This document shows positions 52,501 to 64,000 of a stretch of 64,000 nucleotides of DNA, in pieces (position 1 is the first letter of the stretch; every line of letters starts with the position of its first letter). This DNA comes from Camelus ferus (Eukaryota): contig NC_045707.1 in assembly GCF_009834535.1 (NCBI RefSeq), forward strand, positions 62,126,001-62,190,000, written 5' to 3'. A model generated the notes under the pieces. That model did no database searches, was not told where the DNA came from, and was given only the letters and a program-made list of their open reading frames with translations. The position numbers and the translations under genes were made by a program.

Positions 52501-55500
52501 TTTATAGCTGTGCACTACTTAGTTCGTGATTACTGACTCAGGTGCAAGTCTGAAGGCCAGTAACTAACTATTCTAAAACAAAAGCCACTGCTTTTTATAA
52601 CTTAGCCCAAGAACTGTAAACAGCAATCTATCAGAACAAGTTAACTTTCTTTGATTATCATGTACAATTAGAACATATGATTTTAATAGGTTCACCAGGA
52701 AGTTGCTTTGCTCAAAAGCGAACGTTTTCTTATTTTTTGGCCAAAGTCAATGTCTGATTATAAGGGCTGTAAAAAATAACTCCTTGATAAAAACAACTCT
52801 ATTTATTTATATAGGTTAGAGCTTTGATGCCTTGATTTCTATGCACATTTAAAAGAATATATGTATTACTTTATTACATTCACATATATATGAATGCAAT
52901 AAAATACAGTGTAACTTCACACATGATAAAATGCCAATGTATCATAATAAAACCAAGATCATGAAAATACAGGAAAAAATGGACATAAAATAGAAAAAAA
53001 GATTTAGGCTATCCTAGCTTAATTATTTAAAAAAAGCATTTATTTACCAAAAGCCATTGTTTTGTGAATCCAGCTAAAAATCTGTTAGACGTTATCATCT
53101 TTCCCCTCCACTTTTTGTGCAAAACCAAAATTTAGGCTAATGTGTGATATAAATTGTAAGTGAACGTGGGTTTGAAATGAACCGAGGAGTCCATCTGATG
53201 CTGTATCTCTAAGCCTGATGCAAATATGTCATTGGTGAATTCTATAATATATGTAAGGTGAAACTTTTTGCTCAGCAGGGAGAAAAATAAGAATTTGAAA
53301 TAAGGTGATGCAAGCTGGTCTGCCTTTCCACTCTGGCACGCGTTGACGGCCCTTGTAATTCATACCTCGGGGAAAGTAGAAGCTAAGCAGAAGTCTGAAA
53401 CCAGATAAGCCCTACTGTATTAGGGGAAGTGCCAATTAAAGAGCATGTTGTATTATCAACAGGAAATCATGAGTGCATTAGTGCATGGTAGAGAAAGAAA
53501 ATAATTTGGCTTAAGAGGATTAGAAATCCCCGGTTCCTAGTTAAAAGTAATTCAACCACATAGCAAAATAAACAAATTCAATAATATCTGAAGTTTATGA
53601 ACGAAGGTAGTCAGAAGGGGAGAAATGACAATGTAATGATATTGGCAAAGCTTTGTTCTTAAAAGCTTCTGGGAAAAAAATCTATGTTTCAGAAAAGTCT
53701 CATAGAGAGAAGAAAAACAAAGCTTGCTGTTAAACCCTTATGGCTAAACCATTGTTTTGCATTGACTTTTTATGCTATCTTTTTCTCTAATACTACAAAT
53801 TATGTATTAAAATGGTGATAGCACAATAATTGATACACAGTTAAAGCATTCTGAGGAATAAAACTTTCAACAATCATGATTCATTTATCTTTGATTTCAC
53901 TGGTTTTGTGTGCGTTGTTTATGCATTAATGCTCAGTACAGTTTCACGTACTTTACATCCATGTATTATTTGTAAGTTTGTTGACGTTTCACCAATAGAC
54001 AACAAATCAATAGAGACAAAAAGAAATTCTTATTCTTCCTTCCCTTTGATGATGTGGCCTTTCCCAGTTTTCTTCATGCAGAAAGATGTAATTATTTGTC
54101 TCTACTTCAAAGAATTGTTTTGAAGATTTGGTAATTTAAAAATAGTTCAAGTGAAAAACCTTTAACACTGTCAAGTATTATGCAAAGGAAATAGCCATTA
54201 CATTTTTTATTAATATAATAATCAGCATTAATAAGCACGCCTTTTCTGGACATATAAAAATGAAATAGTGCAACTATAAGTAACTCTGAGAAATGATGAG
54301 GAAGACGCTGAAGTAATCATACAGAAGTAGATTAAACTCGTGTCAAATTTCAGGCTCAAAAAACGACGACACAAAACACACATTTGATTTTGCTCAAGGG
54401 TCACTACTAGACTTCAACATACACCAAGTGGCAAAAAGCAGGAAGACATTCTCAATTCATCCTTCAGCCCACACTCCCTTATGGCGCCTCCTATTTTCCA
54501 GGACTGTGGAATGTGAATTTGTCTCAGACACTGTAACTGACGTTGCTGCCACAAACACCTACAAATACGGATGCACCCTTATCTTTTCCCCCCACCGGCT
54601 TCAACAGAGGAAAAAGGAGCCCGCATGCAGGTGTGAGGAGCTAGAAGAGATGAAAAACAACCTCAAAATTCAGTGAATTTCTGACCAGGAAACAGTCAAA
54701 TTCAGAATAAAGAATTAGTTGAAACCCATAGTCACACAGGATATTCCTAAGTGGGTTCTAAGTAAAAAGCTCAGAGACTAGATGCTGGGATTGGACAAGC
54801 AAACCAAAATTTCACCATTTTAAAGTATGTGATCTTAGACAAATTTTTCAAACTTGGAAATAAAATGTGAAAATAGACAAGATATTAATCACAAGTATTG
54901 CAGGTATAAAGGTATTACCAAATAACGGCGGTGGGAGTGATGAGTGATGAGGATGGTGATGAGACATCAGATGTTCCCGAAAGTCATTACAAAAGTTGTC
55001 TGTAATTTCGCATTATCTGTCCCTCAATGTAAGTCTTATGACATAAGCTGATAGAATATCTTTCTTTCATTTTGAAAAACTTTGAATACATTTGAGTGAA
55101 GATTTTAATGCTAGATTTACTAAGAACAAAGGAAAACTTTAAATAAATGGCACGTTCAAACAAGGTTAATAAATTGAATATTTTCATTCTTTTGTAAATT
55201 ATATAATATTTGCAGCATCACTGTTTATCTGTCTGAATATCAACTATTCACACGAGCAGTAAAGATTAATGAACATACCTAATTATAAATTATGTCAATT
55301 AAACATGTACTAAGCCCCAGTTAGTCTCAGGATTTTAAAAACAGGTTCCTAATATTAGCTTATTTTTTCCATTTGCAAATTACTCCTAAAGTTAAAATGT
55401 AAGAAAATGACAAAGAATGTAATTGACTCTGTTGACCACTACATGCTCATCACTGCATTAGTCTAACCATATTATCACCAGCAATGCTCTTGCCCTCAGT

Positions 55501-55764
55501 GTTTTGCTTTTCCATAATTATTTATTAAATCTGAATCAAATTGTCAAATGATATCATAATACTTTTCTGCTGACTCCTGCAAAGTAAAGAATCTATGAAA
55601 AAAATCTTGTTTTTATTTTTAAATCTTTTTACATTTCTCATATACTTTTAGTAATTCCTTACATATGTGGCTGAGCTAGATTAAGATAAAAATATTTACT
55701 TTTGTAATAATAAGGTACAGCAAAGTAAATCCATATTTCTGAATATTATTATGGTACCATAGCA

Positions 55765-55812
55765 AATAAAACATCAATATATTATATATATATTATATAT
55801 AGATGTTTTATT
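55765..55812. repeat. AT-rich near-perfect palindrome (48 bp)
   Basis: aataaaacatc ... gatgttttatt arms around a TA-rich core, 22 of 24 pairs complementary. Confidence 0.85.
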
Positions 55813-57334
55813 ATATATATATACATACATATATAATACACACACACTTTGCTAATATAGCTTTCTTAGTTCATGAAAAATGTGATGTATTTCCTGACTC
55901 TAATGTCACAAAGCAATGACTTTACAAAAGTCAGGAATCTGAATATATCATGATTTTTTGATATGTTGTAATAGCTCTGGCAAGACAAATCTCAGAGTGT
56001 CTCTGTACCTTAGACAAATCTGTTTAATTCAATCAAGCATGTATGCCATTCCTGCTATATTTGTAACAATAAGTATGACTTCTTGTTCTCTCGCTGTCCT
56101 AGGCTGCCTTGCTTTGGCTTTTGAGACCCTCTCAGACATGTTCTCTACCTCATGTTCAAAATCATGCTCACAATGCAAGTTTTCTAAGTCTTTCTTTAAT
56201 GGAATCATCTTATTTGTGTCATTACTTTTCTATGACTTACCCTATCCTTTTGCATCTGATGTATTCACTAGCTTATACATAGTTTCACAGTTTGACATAC
56301 CATGTTGCTTTATTTGCCTCACTTATGTTGCTCTATTACTTGGATGCTCTAAAAGTGAAAAAATGCAACACTATACTATAACTATTGCTCATTACACATC
56401 ACTATAATAGCTGGAATTTACCTTAAATGTGTATTTATTTTTCGGGCTAATAAAGTTGACATTTTCACTATGTCATTTGTAATGTTGGTGTTAGTCATTT
56501 CAGCTAAAATTAAGTCTTCAGATAAAGAAAAGCAAAGATATGTAATTTTAAATTCTTTGCATTTATAAATCGTGTATTTTGGCATAATTATTGAACTCTA
56601 GTGATGGATTAAAATCTGATAAGCACTTAAATTTTATGGGTTAATCCATCTATACAAACTGAGGTAAGCCAAAGGGCTCAGAATTTAAATTCTTAAAGAT
56701 ACTAAAATGTGAAGAGCTAAAACTTCTGATTAAAAAAAAAAATTGGGAGGAAAGTTACTCTCAGTGCTGCCAATATATTCAGAGGCTCTCTGAACTTACT
56801 TCCCTTCTGTGTGCAACATTTTCATCTGTGACCTGTGAAAGACCCATCCCTTGCTGTCTTGAAAGTGCCAACTCTCATGAGCAATCTATTGGAGGGGCTC
56901 TTTGGTCTTCTTGTCTTGTAAGTGGAGGACGAATGGGAAGTGAATGAGGGAAGGTGTAAGTACTTAGGGCCTGAGTTTGACAACAGAAGGAGTTAAAGTC
57001 ATAAGCAGTTCTGGAAAAACAGCTTCCGTAATAAAACTAGAGGCTAAAAAAACCAGAAAGAGGATTTTGAGAATAATGGATTCGTAACTTGTTAATTTCT
57101 CATTTTAACTAGTCTTATTAATGTCAAATTATTTCATTTCATACGATATATTTACTGACTAGCACATCACATAAACTTTGTGTCAGCTTATCAATGCTAT
57201 AGACTACAAATTACTTTTCATATGGTTTCAGATTGTTCTTAGTTTGAGACCCTCATCCAGAATATCCGGGATAATTAACTCACATAGTTTTACTTTCCAA
57301 GAGTTAGATGAGACACAATTAAAATGGTGCCATG

Positions 57335-57470
57335 CTCTTGGGGAGTAGTGGAAATGTTAGCTATCTTGATGGGGGTGGGTACATCTATCAAAATTCATCA
57401 AATTGTACACATTAAATATGTATAGTCTACTGTACAGGAATTATACAATAAAGGTGTTAAAAAAATAAAA
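57335..57470 (+). mobile_element. Very short L1 3' end (L1MB/MC-like), with perfect TSD
   Basis: 'ggaaatgttagctatcttgat...aaaattcatcaaattgtacac...aataaag' plus A tail. Flanks taaaatggtgccatg at 57320-57334 and 57471-57485. Confidence 0.85.
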
Positions 57471-57814
57471 TAAAATGGTGCCATGATTCTTTTTGTTTCC
57501 CACATCTCTTAAAATCTTAACCAGCTTCCAAGGTCCTGTGTAAGTTTCACTTCCATCGTGAATATTTACCTGAATATTTCAACATATATGATCTATTTCT
57601 TCAAACCCATAAGGCATCTATTTCTTGCAATACACAAGTTTGATATTATACACTAGTTCATAATGTTTAAACAGTATTTTAAGACTGCATGCATTTATAT
57701 TTTTCTTACTCAACCGTTCAAAATATTATACCTTCTCACAGTTCAAAGGCTGTGAGTCACTTTACTTTTATGTGCCTGGGTACTAGTATAATTGTAAACA
57801 TGACAGGCATTACT

Positions 57815-58010
57815 TTTTGAGCTTCAACTTTCACATCAGAAACTTGACTTTGTCACTTACTATCTGCATGACCCTGGCCTAATCAACTGATATTTCTAAA
57901 CCGTGTTTTTTATTATGTATGAGACATAATAATACTGAATTCATAGGGTTATAGGAACAAAAGGAAATACTGTGTGGAAAATAGTACTGAAACCATAAAG
58001 TACTAGAAAA
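57815..58010 (+). mobile_element. MIR fragment
   Basis: 'cacttactatctgcatgaccctgg...ataataatactgaattcatagggttatagga'. Confidence 0.65.
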
Positions 58011-61000
58011 ATTGGTTGCTCTAATAAAAATTATGTCTCAGTGGACAAAAGAGAGCTCATCTTTGAAGTGGCTTAGGAATGGATGCAAGGAATTCTGGGA
58101 AGCACCGTGTACTTTACTAAATATCACTCATCTTGATTGCTTCCCACATCTAAATTTCTAAAAAAACCCATCAGTTCTGTAGCAGTCTGCACCTTTCTTG
58201 TTGAAGATGTTCTAAAACTGTTTCCCATAGAGACGTGACAGTTCACTATTATTCCCTGCTTCTCAAGAACAGATGTAAAACCTGGATGCCCCATTCAACC
58301 TGGAGTGAGCACACCCTCATTTCTTACACTTACAGGGATCTAGCCTTCATGCCCAGCACCCCAGATTTCCTCATATTACTGAGATGGCGGTGTCAGAAAG
58401 CTCACGCACTCCCTGGTCGTCTGGTCCCGTGGAGGGCCAGAGTTCTAATACCAGGAATAGGACCTTATTATTCTACCAAAACAGGAAACACGACTTCACA
58501 TTATATTTTATAGCATTTTATAACATTCTGATAATTTGAATATAACAATTCTCTTGAAGATTTTTTTTTATTGTTTAAAGAAAATTTTTTGTATGTTTTA
58601 GTTAAAATAATGTTTGAGAATTTGTAAAAATTGTGACTTTTACATCGTTGTAATAATCAACAAAAGCTCACATCATAAGAGATGTATCAGTTAATGCTCA
58701 TCAAATTATTATACATTTTAACATTTAAATTTATGGATTATTACTTTATATTATACCCATTAAAGAATGCTATGAAAATTATGTAATAAGCAGGAAAAAT
58801 TACTTCCAGATCCTGAAGTAATTTTATGATCTACATTAATTCGTAAAACTTCACTAAATACTGAAGTAATTAAGAATTTGCTACTACAAAACTCTATTAA
58901 ATATAAATTTCTTTAAAACTATAAAGTTAATTATTACTTAATATTTTCTTTTTTGAAGGAAGCGTGACATTTTAATGTATGGAATAAATACACAGTAGAG
59001 AAAAAATATAATGAATCATTAAAATTTAACTTAAATATTAACAAATTATGTAATAATAATAAGTTACAGAATATTTATAAACGAATTTGCCTAGCACATT
59101 ATTTTCAAGGTACTTATTGTTCCCTATATGGTGCAGCAAATATTTAAAAAAAAAAGTTCTAAAATAGAGTCCCCATTTAGAGAAGAAAAAATTGGCAGGT
59201 GAGTTTTCATCCACCAACAGATGTATCTGAAGCAGCTGAAGTAAGACAGGATTTTTTAAGAAAGCTTTAAACTCACAAGCTCCATCATGAATAAAATTAA
59301 AAGGCTCTATTGCCTTCATTAGTTTTCCTCCCCCCAAATCTTGAGAATTTGCTTTCAATATCATCCATCAGAATCATCTGTGGAGGAAAGGTCACAGATC
59401 TAATTCTTCATTCAGGCATGGAGGACATTAACATCTAATACACAATGTGAGATATCATATATAATAATTAGGATGTAATTATGTTCATGTATTTCCTCAT
59501 AGATGTCTTTAGGCAGTAGCTGTTCTTCCACTTCCAGAAATCATAGTGGACACTGTTCCTATGGTTACCAGGAGGGGTACATCTATGGAGAAGGCTCAAG
59601 ACTATAAAAGGAGTAAGAAACCAAGCCAGAATTGCCAGCTGGCCCAATGAAGTCACTCTGTCCGTTAGTATTTCTCAGTTATCCTGATGCTAAGATTGTG
59701 TTCTTTGTTAGGAACAGAGAAATTAATTAAACATTTTATATGTATAAACCAATTTAATTAATTTTCAGTCTAATTTAATCCATTTATGGCTGCAGCTCTA
59801 GATTACTAATAAAATTTTTATTTAAAAAAAAGAATTTGGGAAAAGAAAAGAAGTCTGTTATTTTAAAGGGGGCAACATTTTGAAAGAACTGTTTCCTTAA
59901 ATGTTACTGAAGTGATCACTGGAACAGTATAAGTGAAGTCAACTAGCATTTAAAATAATGATCCAGTGGGAAATAACCATGTTTTCTGCATAATCATAGT
60001 TTGATTTAACTGCATATGAACCTAATCTTTCCCATTATTCTTGTTTTCAGAATAATTGATCTGAAATAAAAACTCCTTATTTTGACAATATTTTTGCTAA
60101 GAGATATAGGAAAAGAGAAGAAATTATAGGACCATGTGCTCTAAAAGGAAGTAGAATTAGAGTGAAACGAATATGGTAGAAAATTATTATTCTCCTTTAG
60201 AGGAAGCTAACTTTTGGTGAGAAATCTTTGAATCTTTCACTTTTCCTGTTCATTCATTTGCAAAAACAAATGTATGATTTACTAAAGCATCTAAATATTC
60301 TTACTAATTTTGAGATGGAAAACAGCAATCTTCCATGTGCTAAAATTTGCTGAATACAGATGTTTCTACCTATGTGTACATTCTTATAAAAGCTTAGCAT
60401 TATATTCCCTTTTCTAATCAAACATAAAATATCTAATCACTTTTATTTAGTTCATTATACTATCTGTGTTTAAAATCAAGGTTGAATCTCATGAGGAGTG
60501 CCAGCATTTTTTTCAACTCTATTTTTGCATGCTTCTGACATTAAGTATCTTAGAGAAAGTCAGTATTCCCAAACTTGGCTGTCTGACTGCCAGAGCGGAG
60601 AAAGACAAAAAAATAGTAACTTATGCAAATTTTCTAATTAAGCAAAGGAAGGCCAAAGGCATTTACTGGAGCCTACCATCCAGTATCCTGACATATTTTT
60701 AAACTGAATAAGATATAGATTTGTGTATGTCAGCAAATACCCAGTGGCACATCTGAGAGTAGCTTCTATTAAAGAGCAGACACCCCTGTTTATCTAGGGA
60801 GATTCTGAAATGATTAAGTTAGTAAATCATCCCCTTGTCAGACATCAGGCTCCCTCAGCTACTTGCCTTGATCTTCACCTTAATGACATCCTTGTCTTGA
60901 TCCCTGACTATAAAATGTACCGACATTCATGTGCTGTTGACTGCTCTATTCTGGAGATACTTCACAAGCCATCCATGATTTGATGTTTCTATTCTAACAC

Positions 61001-62424
61001 CCTACGATTCTTTCCCATATGTATCCAGAGAGGTGTCTGCCATAGCCTGCAGACTCCTAGGAGGTAAACTACTTACAATCAGTTCTCATCATTCAGTAGC
61101 CACCAAAGTTGCATTTGCAATCAGCCAGTTTATCAATGCTTCATGTCAGGATGAGGATAATTATAAGCCTGTATTTTAGTTGAAGTATAATTATATCGTG
61201 TAGAAAGAACACAGACTTAAAGCCATCCATTTCAAACGTACACATGTGCGTACACACATACACAAAATAAACAGGATCTTTAATAATATATTTTACCTTA
61301 TCTCCAAGATCTATCGAGACCACCATTATGCTTTTCATAATTAAAAAAAGAATGTAAAATTGTGAATTACCACCACCAACAAAAAGGAATGTAATATTGC
61401 TGATAACCCTTTATAGTGGTATAATGATATAATTGTATGTGGAAATATACCTTAATTTTATTTCTTCCATATGTATTTTGACTCTTCAGTATTATTAATA
61501 TATGTATATGTACATATGTGTGTGACTTTTCATTAGAAAAAAATAAAACAAAATATGTGTGTCTCTTATTCAATTAATGACCTAAAAAATGAAATATTAG
61601 AACTCAGTCTTCTACTGGAGACGTGTTACTTACACCTACACTATTCTCTTCAGGAAAACGATACTGACTATTGCAGAACCAAGAAAAGGCAAGTTAATGA
61701 GAAAATAATGTTATTAGAGTCCTTACTTTTGGATTTGCTTAAGGAATAACCAGAGGGAGAGAGCATGTACTGCATCACCCAAGCCTGTAGACTGAATGGA
61801 TGAGGACATTATGCAAGGAAGAAATATGTAGCATTGCTAATTCTTGTACCATACCTATCCTTGAGAGAAGTGTCTTGTGTCGTCAAGGTTTGTCGTATGA
61901 AGATATCAACATTTTGAAAAATATACAGACAAAAGAGAGCAACCAAAAAAATAAGCCTCCAACCTTGACTAGTGATTGAATTTTTTCAGCTGCTATCTGT
62001 TACTATGTAATGTGCACATCGGGGAAGAAATCAGCTGAGCTGTCCAGAAACACCTGGCTGTTGTGGGACCCAACAAACATGATAGCCACAGGCTAATGAT
62101 CTAAAGATGGAAAGAGCTTTACCTGGCCGCTGTTTCAGCCTACAGCCAATGAATATAAATAGGCTTTCGTTGATCTTTTGTCCTACTAAAATGTAATCCA
62201 GTTTATTGAACTGGGGAATTACATTAACCATTTTGACATTATTTCTTTATAAATCTAACATGGTGTCCTTGTTCTGTTCTTCCTCTCTCTGTATTAGAGA
62301 AACCATAATCAAGTGTTATAATCTGTTTAAGCTCAATGATTCTAATAATTGGTCGAAAAATTGGTCTAGAAAATACTATATATATGGACCTCCATTTTTC
62401 ATGTCCATAGTTATTTCTTCATAC

Positions 62425-62575
62425 AAAATGGCCTGCTTCAGTTTTGTCCCCTGCATAAGGAGCATCATGATTGGATCTACCCCCTAGGGTTTTGTGAAGT
62501 TGAAATCAAGTAATATGTATAATGTGCTAACACACAGCAAGTGTTGAAGGAATGGATTCATCGATATCATTATTG
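62425..62575 (+). mobile_element. MIR fragment
   Basis: 'cttcagttttgtcccctgcataagg...ctaccccctagggttttgtgaagttgaaat...aatgtgcta'. Confidence 0.6.
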
Positions 62576-63184
62576 TTGTGGCTATTCACATATCATCAGA
62601 GCATCAGATCTAGCAGAGGGTTTTATATTGGCAAATTTGTCCACAATTAGGAAAGAAAGGCTGTGTTGAGATCAGGAAGCATGCTCAGACTAAGCAATGG
62701 GCTTATGAAGGTAAATGTGAAAAGCTGGCTTCACGTGTCTGTCACTCAAGGCTGGGCCTTCTTCTGATGAGAAGTGTCTCCAATAAGCACCTCGACTGCT
62801 CCTCTGCCTCAACTGGAGGTCACTACGTCATGCCCTATACATTCAAAGTCCATCCATACTCTGATCTGAGTTGCATTTTCCCCTTGGGCATAAGGTAACA
62901 GAAAACTCTACCCACCGTGTATTTACTAGTGGTCAAAACTGACATCTTTAAGCCTTGTGCTTCCATTGGTCTAAGGATGGGGAAAGAGGAGAGGACGGGC
63001 TCTTCTGGTCTACCTGGAATTACGCAGAAATTGATACCAAGTTTTTAACATGGGAAACTAGAAGTATTAATAAAAACACAACTTTAGGACACAGAATTAA
63101 CAATGGAAGTAAGACTGTAGCTTTCATTCAGCAGCATTACAACACAACATGGCTTGTACCATTTAAAAACCACTGTCTCATAAA

Positions 63185-63290
63185 TAGTTTTGCATAATCT
63201 TCACAACCAATCAGTGACCTAGCTAGAGAAAATACTTTCTCCATTTGACAGATGACACAACTGACTTTTAGAGGTAAAGTGACTTACTAG
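63185..63290 (-). mobile_element. MIR fragment
   Basis: 'taatcttcacaacc...ccatttgacagatgacacaactga...agaggtaaagtgactt'. Confidence 0.65.
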
Positions 63291-63294
63291 TTCT

Positions 63295-63762
63295 TGCCAA
63301 CCAGAAACAAAGCACTTGCCATCTACCTTGTCTTGGATTAAATCACAAGCTGCTGCAGCCACTGACCTCCAACACTCCCTGGAAGGAGTTCAGAGTGGAG
63401 ATCAGGAATGAGGCACTCTGTGCTCTGGGAAAAGTGGCAGAACAGGCCTTCAGATGGATATTTTCAGGGTAAGATTTTATGAGTCCAAATGTTTGCATGT
63501 CCTTCTATCTAGAGAAGCACTAAAATCATTAGGTGACATCTGCTCCTTGTGACTAGCAGCAAGCCTCTGCCTAAAATGTGTGCTTGACTGTACGTACCCG
63601 CCCTTTACTAAAATCATATATAAAACTGAGTTCCCCTCTGCCTTTTCGGAGCAGTTCCTCAGAGCAATCTGAGATGCTGTCTCCCAGGCTATAGTCCTCA
63701 TTTTGCCCCAGATAAAACTTAACCCACAACTCTCATGCTGTGTGATTTTATTTCAGTTGGCA
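63295..63762 (+). mobile_element. ERV1-class solo LTR (possibly a MER41-related cetartiodactyl family)
   Basis: TG...CA ends with a 7-bp terminal inverted repeat tgccaac/gttggca, 468 bp long. TATATAAAA at 63617-63625. R/U5-like 'gagcaatctgagatgctgtctcccaggctatagtcctca...ataaaactt'. Confidence 0.8.
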
Positions 63763-64000
63763 GTTTCATACACATGTAAGCAATAGATTTAAGGCAAGAA
63801 GTCATATCTTTTCCCTGTAAACAAAATTTCTTAATATTTATATATTTCAGTTTTATGTATTCATTGACAAAACACATATTTATAAATAAAATTCCAGCAA
63901 CTTGTCAATTTGTTTTATTACAAATATACACCAAATTTCTCTCTTGGAAAATCAACTTTAGTAGCATATTTACTCAGGTTTAATGACTTCAAGTAATAGC

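Noticed and set aside
55958..56407. Longest ORF in the track (149 aa)
   Set aside because: It starts at TTG, has a Cys/Ser/Leu/Phe-rich composition typical of chance ORFs, and shows no recognisable domain or exon structure.
1..64000. Prokaryotic-type systems (CRISPR arrays, operons, defence islands)
   Set aside because: The sequence is mammalian repeat-rich non-coding DNA with no regularly spaced repeats or long ORFs.

Overview
AT-rich mammalian nuclear DNA, most likely camelid (camel/alpaca/llama). The evidence is two tRNA-derived SINEs of the Vic-1 type with the 'aaacctaattacctcccc'-like tail and an artiodactyl-type L1 3' UTR. I see no recognisable protein-coding exon, rRNA, true tRNA, CRISPR array or CpG island. 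The ORF track is chance ORFs plus decayed L1 pieces. The window looks like intergenic DNA or deep intron, filled with L1 (several ages), L2, MIR, CR1/L3, MaLR/ERV LTRs and hAT-Charlie MERs. I found no convincing new biological system. The most interesting structures are: a perfect 22-bp hairpin with a template-switch signature (39254-39314), a nested L1 insertion carrying an apparent 3' transduction (48493-48898), an ungapped 101-bp dispersed duplication (44123/45391) and a CR1 reverse-transcriptase fossil (~32005-32385). There are also several speculative splice-signal candidates. Repeat family names and most repeat boundaries are by-eye recognitions, not database results.
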